Shown: positions 1-8,800 of the stretch, in pieces | Numbering within the stretch: position 1 is the stretch's first letter | How the letters are laid out: each line of letters begins with the position of its first letter | IMG/VR virus record: IMGVR_UViG_3300021180_000012 | Location: 1 to 61,718 of that record | Origin: a virus | Taxonomy: Duplodnaviria; Caudoviricetes | Direction: 5' to 3' (one strand) | DNA: 61,718 nucleotides | Made by a program: the position numbers and the translations under genes | Notes under the pieces: model-generated | Database searches by the model: none | Seen by the model: only the letters and a program-made list of their open reading frames with translations | What the model was told of the DNA's origin: nothing

Positions 1-176
1 GGGGATTTACCACCGTGCTTCCTGCACCTACCGTTACTCATCGTCTGTGTAGCCATACAACGTAGCTTGCTGCCAGGACGCTTCGAGTAACACACCGGCG
101 TCCCTTTGTCGTTGTACCCGAAGATCCGCTTGCCCTCGGGAGTTACGGCTATTACCTTGTCTCTTAATCTTGATGG
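1..176. repeat. Terminal direct repeat (circular assembly overlap), copy 1
   Basis: 1-176 matches 61543-61718 with 3 mismatches (positions 3, 6, 132). Confidence 0.95.
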
Positions 177-185
177 AGCCACCAT
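1..185 (-). CDS. terS: 5' part of terminase small subunit, crossing the assembly junction; true ATG at 185
   Basis: AAGGAGG RBS at 194-200, then ATG GTG GCT CCA... in frame with 60873..61637 (MVAPSRLRDKVIAVTPEGKRIFGYNDKGTPVCYSKR...). Confidence 0.75.
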   Translation of the reverse strand, partial: MVAPSRLRDKVIAVTPEGKRIFGYNDKGTPVCYSKRPGSKLRCMATQTMSNGRCRKHGGKS

Positions 186-204
186 GACTGAGACCTCCTT
201 CTAT

Positions 205-278
205 ACTGTAGGTCGGATTTGAACCAGCGACCTCCCCAATGGTGTTAGGGGCGCTCTACCAGACTGAGCTACTACAGT
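205..278 (-). tRNA. tRNA-like element or pseudo-tRNA, anticodon undetermined
   Basis: Perfect 7-bp acceptor ACTGTAG/CTACAGT, D arm GCTC-AGTCTGGTA-GAGC, T loop GGTTCAAATCC; the 18-nt anticodon arm lacks U33 and the T stem has a mismatch. Confidence 0.7.
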
Positions 279-282
279 GAGC

Positions 283-324
283 GCAGGGACTGAGCCAGAA
301 AGGCCCTAAGAACTCAGTCCCTGC
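283..324. other. Strong stem-loop upstream of the tRNA-like element
   Basis: GCAGGGACTGAG...CTCAGTCCCTGC 12-bp perfect stem; no U tract. Confidence 0.6.
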
Positions 325-390
325 AAGCCGAGCGCAACCCGGAGACAGGTATGGCGAACCGTTGCAGATCGCGCTCGACATCGTACGGAC

Positions 391-984
391 TTACGAGCGA
401 CCCCAGGCCAACACGTTGAGCGTGAAGGACTGACCGTGCGCCCCGCCGTCGACAATCACATAACGTACGCGTACGTAGTCGCACAACATAGTCGGACGAA
501 CCGCACCGGACGCGGCGTCAGCCGTTGTAGCAGTCACCGAGGTACCCGCAGACGCTGATGGGGCTAATGTCGCCTGAAACGACTTCGCCCCGCCGTTGCC
601 TAAAACGGTTGTGAAGTGTATCGCGTTAAACCAAGTCGTTCCGGCGTTGGGCGAAGTGTCAATATACACGTCCAACGTATCGCCAGCAGCAGCCGCAGCC
701 GCTGTGACCGAACAAAAGACTTGGAGTTCCTTGTACTTGCCCAGGCCGGAGACGGCGGTGCCGTTCACTGTATGGGCTACGGCGTCGGTGGTCGACGCGA
801 GCAGGGTTACGGCGCTGTTGGCATTCGTTGTGTACGTGTTGCCGGTCAGGTCGCCGCGTGTCGTGTGTAGTGCGCCGTTGTCGTCACGGACTGCTGTGGG
901 TGTCGCTGCCGAAAGCGGCGGTCCCAACCAACAGAGCGCGAGAATGGCCGAGAGAGCGCCGATAGCGCCAATCTTTCGGATCAT
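391..984 (-). CDS. Hypothetical beta-rich protein with N-terminal signal peptide
   Basis: MIRKIG + hydrophobic stretch + LSA; AAGGAG RBS; Thr/Ala-rich beta strands. Confidence 0.8.
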   Translation of the reverse strand: MIRKIGAIGALSAILALCWLGPPLSAATPTAVRDDNGALHTTRGDLTGNTYTTNANSAVTLLASTTDAVAHTVNGTAVSGLGKYKELQVFCSVTAAAAAAGDTLDVYIDTSPNAGTTWFNAIHFTTVLGNGGAKSFQATLAPSASAGTSVTATTADAASGAVRPTMLCDYVRVRYVIVDGGAHGQSFTLNVLAWGRS

Positions 985-1044
985 TGTTGCTCCTTAGTTC
1001 GTAGTGTTTGTGGGCTAGGTAGTACAGTTAAAGCGGCTGAGTAG

Positions 1045-1491
1045 TCAGCCTACGGTCGACGGGCTGACGCCGGTTCCGTTCCCGGCATCGGCACTCGGAG
1101 TGGCTGATACCGCTCCAATGCCGGAAGTGTTGTCGAGCGGTAGGCCGTCGACGGGGGCCGGGTCGGTCACTGCCGTTGGATCGGGTGCATCGGCCTGAGC
1201 GGTCACGTCACCGGCGCTGCCGCCGTCCTCGACGACCGGAGCGGGTTCGGGAGCGGCGTTCGGGTCGACGTAGGCCGGGATCGTGGCGAGAACAGCCTTT
1301 GCGTCGTCGATGTGGTAGACCTGGCGAAGATCGAGGTAGGCGTCACTGTTTGAGATCTGTGCAAGACGCCCATTGCAAGCGTCGATGCCGGGAATGGCAT
1401 CGTAGAGTAGTCCGGTCAGAACCTTGCCGTCCGACGAGACCATGATTACCTTGTCGCCGTTCTGTGCGGGGCGACCGTTGCCGTAATGCAT
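1045..1491 (-). CDS. Conserved phage hypothetical (MHYxNGRxAxNGD type) with acidic disordered tail
   Basis: N-terminal motif common in phages; AAAGGA RBS; high GC3. Confidence 0.8.
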   Translation of the reverse strand: MHYGNGRPAQNGDKVIMVSSDGKVLTGLLYDAIPGIDACNGRLAQISNSDAYLDLRQVYHIDDAKAVLATIPAYVDPNAAPEPAPVVEDGGSAGDVTAQADAPDPTAVTDPAPVDGLPLDNTSGIGAVSATPSADAGNGTGVSPSTVG

Positions 1492-1591
1492 CTTCGTATC
1501 CTTTGTGGAGTAGTTGCAGTTTTGCGAGGGCTGCTAACCTCTCTGGAAGTAGTATCTACTGGTCTATTCGATCTGAGCCGTTAGGCGAGGA

Positions 1592-2350
1592 TCATTTTAT
1601 CGTATGATCGGATCGGAGCTTGCTGAACGGCCCGAAGAACACGTCCAAGTCGAAGTTCTGCTTTACCGACTGACCCTGCATCCTGCCAGTCCCTGTGTAC
1701 TGCTGGAATGAGCAGTAGGCCGCTGCCGGGATGACCGCAGGGTCCGGGTTGGGTGCTGGATCGGAGGTTGCGTACCTCGCTATGCAGAGAGTGTACATGT
1801 GAGAGGGGAACGCTGTTGCGTACCGCTCGCGGTAGTCGCTGTCGTTGCAGTAGATGATCGGGTAGTAGCCACTGAGACGCTTCAGTTCCTGCGCTACGGT
1901 GAGCGCCATCTCCGCAGACGGATAGTGTTTGGTGCCATCCTGGTCGACGGTGGGTTCCACGTCCAGCATGTGAACCAGGCTGACGCCACGAACGATGTTA
2001 GGCTCCCAGACTTCCCAGAAGTTCTCGGCCTGAGCAACCGCAGGAGCGAATGGATCGAGCCAATGGTACGCAGAGGGGGCGAACCCGTTGTTCGGATTGT
2101 CCTTTTCACCGGGGAGCAGGTTCTTCGCAACCGTGTTGCCCCTCGTGATGTGATCGAGGAAGTGTGGATCGCGTCCGTTCGCAGCAGTTGATGCTTTCGC
2201 CCAAAAGAACTTACGTGGGGGATACCCAGTTTGTGGTTGGTTGGCGAGACCGAACTGAATTGCCCCGTTGTCGTCGTCACCGTGGTAAATGTCGAACCCG
2301 TACGCGACCTTCGTAGGGTCTGTGCCCCACAATTGTGATGCTTTTGCCAT
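1592..2350 (-). CDS. Endolysin, GH25 muramidase
   Basis: GFDIYH (DxSxxQ-like), KAS, YH, LDVE (DxE), PIIY, LCIARY, QQYT, FDLD motifs. Confidence 0.85.
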   Translation of the reverse strand: MAKASQLWGTDPTKVAYGFDIYHGDDDNGAIQFGLANQPQTGYPPRKFFWAKASTAANGRDPHFLDHITRGNTVAKNLLPGEKDNPNNGFAPSAYHWLDPFAPAVAQAENFWEVWEPNIVRGVSLVHMLDVEPTVDQDGTKHYPSAEMALTVAQELKRLSGYYPIIYCNDSDYRERYATAFPSHMYTLCIARYATSDPAPNPDPAVIPAAAYCSFQQYTGTGRMQGQSVKQNFDLDVFFGPFSKLRSDHTIK

Positions 2351-3210
2351 GTTTTTGCTCCATCTCGATAGATTTGGTAGGGTATCAGCCTCTGATAGTA
2401 GTGTTTTCGTGAATACGTTTGCAGAGTATGAGTGCCAGCGGCCAGCGCCCCCTTCATATGAAAAGGGGGATGGGGGTACCCTACCATGCTTGTATGGCTC
2501 ACAGTCCCTGATAGCCGGTGTCGATGCACACTCCCCACCCTATAGGTGTCAGACGCTGTGAACCCTCACGTACAGCACGGTTAGGGACTGTGTACAGCGA
2601 GCTATCAGCGTGTGTGAGCCGGTGTTGCTCTGTGTGCGTGTGTGAGGGTGTCAGACGCTGATAGGGTGTGCTATGGGTACGTTCCGTACCACTAATAATG
2701 CCGTACCAGAGCACAATTCACCCTCTTGCACTTGCTTGCATACATCACATGGGTTGATACCTCGCAAGCTCACCACACCGTACCGACTGCCTAGCGTGCT
2801 ATTGATGTGAGCACAGCATACGGCCACATATAGAACCCTGTCAATCGACCATAGATCTAATCACAGTATTGACAGCTATTGACACAACATACCCCATCGA
2901 TAACGCCGTTTTAATGTCCCGCTCGCAAGCTCGCGAGACGAATAGACCAATTCGACCGTACCCGTTGCTCGCTAACAGCCATGTACCGCCGTCTGCTCTA
3001 CTCTGTACAGCTAATTCGCCCCTAGAATGGCCGGTTAAACCGTGACGCTTTCGCGTCTAGAATGCCCGCACAGCGTTCAGCAGGGTAAATCACCCCATGT
3101 GCACGGCTACAACGGCACACACGGCCACACAGCAAGCTTTAACCGTGCTTTGCGTCAATCGACCTAACCGCCATATGCACACAGCACAGCACCGTGCTAT
3201 AGTCCACACA

Positions 3211-3244
3211 ACAAAACAGAGCACATCAATCAAGGTGTGCTCTG
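3211..3244 (-). terminator. Rho-independent terminator ending the early transcript
   Basis: Minus strand CAGAGCACAC-loop-TGTGCTCTG followed by TTTTGTTG. Confidence 0.65.
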
Positions 3245-3289
3245 CTCTGTACTCAGTATTCGATTGTTCGCGGATCTAACCGCCGATTA

Positions 3290-3847
3290 TTACGTATCCT
3301 TCTTTCGGTTCACGTCGACGGAACCCGTATAGTGGGGTAATTCCATCTTGACGGTAACATTCCCTGATATCTCAATGGTTTGCTCTGTCAATTCGTACGT
3401 GTACACACCTTCCGACCATTCGCCGTAACTAGTTGTCGTGACAAACTGATAGATACCTTTGTGCTCGCGAACGTCGACAACTTGATAACCGCCGGAACCG
3501 TTATTAGCGTAAACGGTGCGACCTTCGCTAATCGCTTGCTTGACTTCCTCAATCGTGTACCGCTTGATAACCGGCTCAATTGCACAGTCAGAGCTAGTAC
3601 CTTGCTCACGGCCACGGTAATAGGCGCTGATTGCATCGTTCAGCGTGTTGTATGTGTCGTCTGCCGGTTGACCGTCGACGCCAATATACCACGGTTGGGT
3701 ATTGCGCTCGCCAAACGTATCAAACGGTATGTGCTTGACTTCGTATACCATGCCGAGCAGATTGACGCGGTATAGACCTGCGCAAACCTTGCGTTTACCT
3801 ATCGTGGCTAATCGACCGTCATTTAGTTGTACCTGTACGTTTTTCAT
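3290..3847 (-). CDS. Hypothetical early protein
   Basis: GGAAGG RBS before ATG 3847 (MKNVQVQL). Confidence 0.75.
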   Translation of the reverse strand: MKNVQVQLNDGRLATIGKRKVCAGLYRVNLLGMVYEVKHIPFDTFGERNTQPWYIGVDGQPADDTYNTLNDAISAYYRGREQGTSSDCAIEPVIKRYTIEEVKQAISEGRTVYANNGSGGYQVVDVREHKGIYQFVTTTSYGEWSEGVYTYELTEQTIEISGNVTVKMELPHYTGSVDVNRKKDT

Positions 3848-3863
3848 AGTCTGACACCTTCCT

Positions 3864-4118
3864 TTAAGCATTCAAGCACTTGCGCGAACATACCATCTTG
3901 CTGTGATACAAACCGCCGTCTGTCAATAGCCGGGTATTGTACTCTGCTTCCGTCTCATTGGCGTTATCGTGCTTCCATGATGATACCCGCTCAATTGCTT
4001 GCTTGTATTCGCTCGCGTCGACTGTGACTAACGCCGTACCATTCGGTTTGATGTGCTTTCCACATTCGTCACAGCCATCACCAATTGGCCGAACAACTTT
4101 TAATACCTTGTCTCTCAT
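3864..4118 (-). CDS. Hypothetical early protein with Zn-ribbon-like CxxC...CxxxC
   Basis: GGGAGGG RBS; directly downstream of the promoter at 4166-4194. Confidence 0.75.
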   Translation of the reverse strand: MRDKVLKVVRPIGDGCDECGKHIKPNGTALVTVDASEYKQAIERVSSWKHDNANETEAEYNTRLLTDGGLYHSKMVCSRKCLNA

Positions 4119-4165
4119 AGTCTGAACCCTCCCAGAAAAGTCAATTGATTGATTAGTACAGTGAT

Positions 4166-4194
4166 AGTATATCAGAGCTAACAGCGTCTGTCAA
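4166..4194 (-). promoter_or_regulatory. sigma70-type early promoter
   Basis: TTGACA-17-TATACT. Confidence 0.9.
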
Positions 4195-4560
4195 CCCTAT
4201 TATGGTTATTCTGCAAACTTTCTTTAATCCGTTCTCATCTTTCTGGGAATAGGTATAACCATAGGTCGCGAACCCGGCCAATTGAGCACAGCGAACATTC
4301 GATCTAATAGTGTCTGCGAACCGTAAAAATAGTAGAATACCCATTCTTGACCACAGAACGCACGCACAGCGATTGATACCCGGCTCACGACAATACACTC
4401 ATAAAATTGTCTGCGTGCGCTGTGCGTGCATCCCCATCGGGAAAAACGGCCAATTAACACACCCTAATATGCACATCCGACACACAGCCGGATTATCGAC
4501 AGTAGACAGAGCTTGACAGCACAGACAGCGTAGTGTCAACGGTGTTGACTAGAGCAGACA

Positions 4561-4597
4561 CAAAAATACCCGCTCACCTTTGACAGCAAGCGGGTAT
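4561..4597 (-). terminator. Rho-independent terminator
   Basis: Minus strand ATACCCGCTTGC-loop-GTGAGCGGGTAT-TTTTG. Confidence 0.85.
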
Positions 4598-4622
4598 CGA
4601 TCGATATTAGGTTGACCGGCGA

Positions 4623-5792
4623 TTAGCGCGGTACAATCTTGACAGTCAAGGCCGGTGCCGACCTTTGCGGTTTGAATGCGAACGTATACCCGGTTCCTCC
4701 CTTAACCTTGACGTTCTGCGTACCCTTCCCGCTTTCGGAACCCTCAACATACTTCCAACCGGAACCGAGCACGCTGTACCCTTCCGGTGCACTCACAGTG
4801 TCTGTGAGCCCCTTTGCAATCAGGTACTCATAGGTGAGCTTGTAACCTTTGGGTAACGTCTGCTCACCTTCCGCAAGGATTTCAGCAAGACGGTATTCCG
4901 ACTGATAGCACCGTCGAACGCTCGCGAGGTACGTATCACGTGCAACCGGCGTGTGTCCGTGAGCACGGCCATACGTAACCGCGTAGTTACGGGATGCACG
5001 CGCGTTCGCCAATTGATCGATTGCAAGCTCAATCGCAGACACTGATAGCAACGGCCATGTATTCCAGCGCTCGCCGTACAGTTCCTCGCGTGACTTGCCG
5101 GGTTCCTTAACCTTCGCAACCTTTGCGACCTTCGCCGGTGCCGTGGCCTTGACGGTTCCAACCTTCGCCGTTTGCGTGCTCTTGCCGGTTGCCGTTGTCT
5201 GCGTCTGCGAACCCTTCGCCGGTGTTGTCGTGCTCGCCGTGGCCGTGATACCATTCGCACGGTTATACTGCATTTTGGCACGGCCATATGTGAACTTATG
5301 AGCAGTCAAGCGCTTTTTGTAAGCGTCTGCCGGTTCGTTCCGCTTTTTCGCGGGTTCCGGGTTCGTGAGTACCCATTGCTCATAGGTTGTGAACAGTTTG
5401 GGTGTCTTAACCTTCGCCGGTGCCGTGGCTGTGGCCGTCTTGCCGGTGCTCGCAGGTTTGGCCGGTGCGCTCGCCGTGGCCTTGACCGTGGCCTTAACGG
5501 GTTCCTTCGCCGTGGCCGGTGCAACACGAACGCGAGCAGTCACCTTGACCGGTGCGGAAGTCTGCGCAGGTTTGACCGGTGCCGTGGCCGGTTTGCTCGC
5601 CGGTTTGGTGCTCTGCTTGCTGTCGTGAAGTTCTGCAAGGTCGCGAGCAACGGTGAACCCTTTGACGCTATCAACCTTCTTGCCGGATAGTGTGATATCC
5701 CAATTCTTAGATGTGGGATTGAGAGTAAGCAGATACGAACCCGCTTTGCCCTTCGCCGTGTGCGTACCGTTTGCGTTCTTTAACCAGTTCAT
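4623..5792 (-). CDS. Basic Lys/Ala/Thr/Pro-rich (histone H1-like linker) early protein, putative DNA-binding
   Basis: PAK/TAK/VAK repeats between small globular segments; own promoter and terminator; GAAGGG RBS. Confidence 0.85.
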   Translation of the reverse strand: MNWLKNANGTHTAKGKAGSYLLTLNPTSKNWDITLSGKKVDSVKGFTVARDLAELHDSKQSTKPASKPATAPVKPAQTSAPVKVTARVRVAPATAKEPVKATVKATASAPAKPASTGKTATATAPAKVKTPKLFTTYEQWVLTNPEPAKKRNEPADAYKKRLTAHKFTYGRAKMQYNRANGITATASTTTPAKGSQTQTTATGKSTQTAKVGTVKATAPAKVAKVAKVKEPGKSREELYGERWNTWPLLSVSAIELAIDQLANARASRNYAVTYGRAHGHTPVARDTYLASVRRCYQSEYRLAEILAEGEQTLPKGYKLTYEYLIAKGLTDTVSAPEGYSVLGSGWKYVEGSESGKGTQNVKVKGGTGYTFAFKPQRSAPALTVKIVPR

Positions 5793-5865
5793 TGTCTATG
5801 TCCCTTCTGATTGTGTGGCCGGGTTGACCGGCCTAGTCGATATTCAAAAATGAGCGTGCGTATAG

Positions 5866-5895
5866 ATCATAGCACACTGTGTATAATCCTGTCAA
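5866..5895 (-). promoter_or_regulatory. sigma70-type early promoter (extended -10)
   Basis: TTGACA-18-TATGAT preceded by TGn. Confidence 0.8.
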
Positions 5896-6467
5896 GCCTT
5901 GATTAGTTCGGCATTATCATACGCCACGAACCCGGAACGTTTGCCGTTGATAAACAACTCAACGCCGTACAGGTTACGCCATTCGCGCAGACTGTTGCAC
6001 AGCACCGCATAGCTCGCAAACGGCACTTGACAATAGAACCGTACGCAGAGCAGTCTATGATAGTGCCATTCCACACGCAGAACACCGGAACCCTTCCAAG
6101 TGCTATTGTGATAGATCGATACCCGGCCTACCGTGCAACCGTCTTGCAACCGTGATACCCATTCACGCAAACCGCGCAAGTTCCGCGAACGCTTGACGGC
6201 AACACCGGTCAAACCGTCTATTAACCGTACCTCGCGAGCTTCGAACGCTTGCATGTTGACTGCTCGCCAACCTTCCGACTGTGCACCGCTCTCAATCCTG
6301 AAAGCATTTTTAAGGCCATACTTGACAGGGATTGAGTATTCCTGCTCGCGTGTTACCCATGTTTGGGTACGGCCATTCCTGCGAGCACGTACCGGTGTGC
6401 CGTCTGCGTTCGTGTTGCTCGCGTGCTCAAAGTCACCGGCGTTGACTGCTTCAAACTTACTTAACAT
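5892..6467 (-). CDS. Hypothetical early protein
   Basis: GGAGG RBS; RxNGxTxTWxT motif seen in phage early proteins. Confidence 0.8.
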   Translation of the reverse strand: MLSKFEAVNAGDFEHASNTNADGTPVRARRNGRTQTWVTREQEYSIPVKYGLKNAFRIESGAQSEGWRAVNMQAFEAREVRLIDGLTGVAVKRSRNLRGLREWVSRLQDGCTVGRVSIYHNSTWKGSGVLRVEWHYHRLLCVRFYCQVPFASYAVLCNSLREWRNLYGVELFINGKRSGFVAYDNAELIKA

Positions 6468-7008
6468 CGTTCGTTACCTCCGATAGTTCGCGTGCTGTGC
6501 GCTCATCTGCAAGTCTGCGCAGACGGGATATCACACCGTCTGACTTGACACCATAGCCAACCTTGCGTTTAGTGCGCTTTACCCGGCATATGTCCATATC
6601 GCCACGGTTCACGCCGTGCCATTCGAACCCGTCAAGGTAAAACCATACGTCTGTGCGCTGAACCCTTGACCAAACACCGGGTACGAACATATTGGACTGC
6701 TTGTAATACTCAACCCAGAGCGTGAAATCACTAGTCCAATTGGTTACGCACTTCGTACGGTTCGTACCCTCCGATACACCGCCGTCTGTGCGCTCATAGC
6801 GGTACGGTTTGTCACCTACCGACAGGTACAGCGTGTTGACACCCTTTGATACCATAAACTCAATGTCAACGATTGCTGCACACTGATAGCAGATTTTACG
6901 CTCTGTCGGTTCGCCGTGGTCAACCGTTGCGTACCCGGTTGTGCATGTGCCGTGCTCGCTCACGGTGTGGCCGCAAGACAGCAATTCGATTGTGTTACCA
7001 GTTTGCAC
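6457..7008 (-). CDS. Hypothetical early protein (Cys/His Zn-binding motifs); likely GTG start at 7008
   Basis: GGAGG 8 nt upstream of GTG; CGH...CxxC. Confidence 0.7.
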   Translation of the reverse strand: MQTGNTIELLSCGHTVSEHGTCTTGYATVDHGEPTERKICYQCAAIVDIEFMVSKGVNTLYLSVGDKPYRYERTDGGVSEGTNRTKCVTNWTSDFTLWVEYYKQSNMFVPGVWSRVQRTDVWFYLDGFEWHGVNRGDMDICRVKRTKRKVGYGVKSDGVISRLRRLADERTARELSEVTNDVK

Positions 7009-7429
7009 GGTTGACACCTCCGCACATTCCAGACAACGAACCGACAGGGAACCCGTATCGATCGAACGCAAGGTTGTGTAAATCTTCCTGCGAGCATGTG
7101 ACGTGCAGAGGGTACGCAAACGTTCCGGTGCTCTGCTGTGCTTGCTTAGCACACCACGTGAACGCCGTACCCTTTTGTTTCTGCGTAGTCACAGAAAAAC
7201 GTCTGTCAGTGACTGTAAGCGTACCGTACCGGTTGCTAGTCGATTTATCCTCATAGGTGTGGACACCGGAACCGGTATTTTCGTAAACAGCTATCAGAGT
7301 ACCATAGCTGTAAACGGCTATGTTGCCGTTCTCATCTTTCAATCCCCACAGAGCACCGGCATTGATGGCGAGCTTTTTGAAGCTCTGAACCTTGACCATT
7401 CGGCCACTTGTTAACTTTGCATCTAACAT
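6995..7429 (-). CDS. Hypothetical early protein
   Basis: AAGGAG RBS; YSYGTxIA...SxTTxKQ motif typical of a small phage family. Confidence 0.75.
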   Translation of the reverse strand: MLDAKLTSGRMVKVQSFKKLAINAGALWGLKDENGNIAVYSYGTLIAVYENTGSGVHTYEDKSTSNRYGTLTVTDRRFSVTTQKQKGTAFTWCAKQAQQSTGTFAYPLHVTCSQEDLHNLAFDRYGFPVGSLSGMCGGVNRANW

Positions 7430-7444
7430 AGGTTGGTTACTCCT

Positions 7445-7705
7445 TTAACCTTTGTTCGTCATATATCCGCACAACTCTAGTGTCATACGGGAATAGAATT
7501 GACCGTCGACTGTGTAAACGCCAATGTTATAGTCACTAACCGCCGATACCAGTATACAAGCACCGTTACGGTTTGTCAAGTTCACAACCTTTGTGACTTT
7601 CAATAATGCTCGCAAGGTGTCCATAGTGTACCTCTCTATCGACCGATTAACATGATAACCGCGTCTATCAGCACTGACATTGACGGAATAGCGATTAGCA
7701 ACCAT
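7445..7705 (-). CDS. Hypothetical early protein (first gene after the 7753-7782 promoter)
   Basis: AGGTGAG RBS; operon position. Confidence 0.65.
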   Translation of the reverse strand: MVANRYSVNVSADRRGYHVNRSIERYTMDTLRALLKVTKVVNLTNRNGACILVSAVSDYNIGVYTVDGQFYSRMTLELCGYMTNKG

Positions 7706-7752
7706 ACCATTGTACTCACCTACTTTCGATCTAACCTTATTGAACTGTGAAC

Positions 7753-7782
7753 ATCATATCACAACCTAGTACCGTCTGTCAA
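7753..7782 (-). promoter_or_regulatory. sigma70-type early promoter with AT-rich UP element
   Basis: TTGACA-18-TATGAT (TGn); A/T tracts at 7796-7820. Confidence 0.85.
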
Positions 7783-7916
7783 TCCCATTATCGGCATTTT
7801 TCGAAAATACTTCAAAAATAGTTCGCAGACACTGACAACCGTATCTATACCAGTTATCAGACGCTGTTAACCTGCAATAGCTGTGTTTTAGTTGTTAATA
7901 GCTATCAGAGACTGAC

Positions 7917-7945
7917 TTGACTATCAATAACTATCAAAGTACAAT
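7917..7945 (+). promoter_or_regulatory. Divergent plus-strand sigma70-type promoter into non-coding DNA
   Basis: TTGACT-17-TACAAT. Confidence 0.6.
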
Positions 7946-8217
7946 ATAGGTAGGGTGAACACCAATTCTATTCATATGAAGCCGATTTTCCGGCTTTAAC
8001 CGGACCCGCCCACCAACTACAGACCAACAGACCCCGAGACCTCTCGGAGACCCCACACATAGGCGGGGCAACTGACCTCAGCCGCCGCGAGGCTCCGTAG
8101 AACTTTGAAGTGAACCCCGAAAATAATTCCAGGTTCAAAACAGATGCCCCTAAGCCGACTTCCTTTTCTCAGACACTGAGACCCCAGAACCCCTTCTAGA
8201 ACCCCGATAGAGACCCC

Positions 8218-8378
8218 ATAATAAAAACGGTGATTTAGTACCCCCCAATATAGGTATAAGACCATATCTACTTTTACTTAAAACTATACTCATATGTACG
8301 TAAAATCTAGTATCTGTTCATATGAAATGTAAGCGAAAACATACATATTGGGGAGTACCGGAACGCCGTTTTTATTAT
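8218..8378. repeat. Inverted-repeat element A (34-bp arms, AT-rich spacer), origin-like
   Basis: Arms 8218-8251 and 8345-8378 are 28/34 complementary; homologous to 35197-35316. Confidence 0.8.
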
Positions 8379-8557
8379 TGCCCATCTGGAAACCGCCGAT
8401 CTAGCACACCCTAACACCCACATTGAGATGGGAATTGCCCATTTTCGTTCGCAGTCATTGAGAACCCTGAAAAACAAAAAAGCGACCCTCAACATGAAGG
8501 CCGCTTGCCATAACTTGGCATTTTCAAAAATGGTGCTACCACCCCTAACTCACCGTT

Positions 8558-8800
8558 TTAATTCTGAAATTGCTCGTGCCACCACTCCGTCTCAACACCC
8601 AATTCTCCGACCTCGGCACCGCGTTTTCGGTAGTATTTTATAACATCCTCTGCGAGCTTTCCGACCGTCCATTTAGCCACCGGTGCAGCCACCCTAACGA
8701 CGCCAAAAGCCGCCCCAAAGCTAAAGCAGAGAGGCAGCAGATCGACGTAGTAGTTAGTCAGGTGAACTCGACGCATCAGTGGTCTCGTTCGTACCACCAT
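8558..8800 (-). CDS. Small membrane protein
   Basis: GAGG RBS; hydrophobic LLPLCFSFGAAFGVV. Confidence 0.55.
   Translation of the reverse strand: MVVRTRPLMRRVHLTNYYVDLLPLCFSFGAAFGVVRVAAPVAKWTVGKLAEDVIKYYRKRGAEVGELGVETEWWHEQFQN

Noticed and set aside
4153-4516. ORFs between the 4561 terminator and the 4194 promoter
   Set aside because: No RBS; the region holds regulatory motifs, including a degenerate inverted-repeat arm
8017-8643. Short ORFs across the origin-like region
   Set aside because: No RBS, atypical composition, and they overlap the repeat elements
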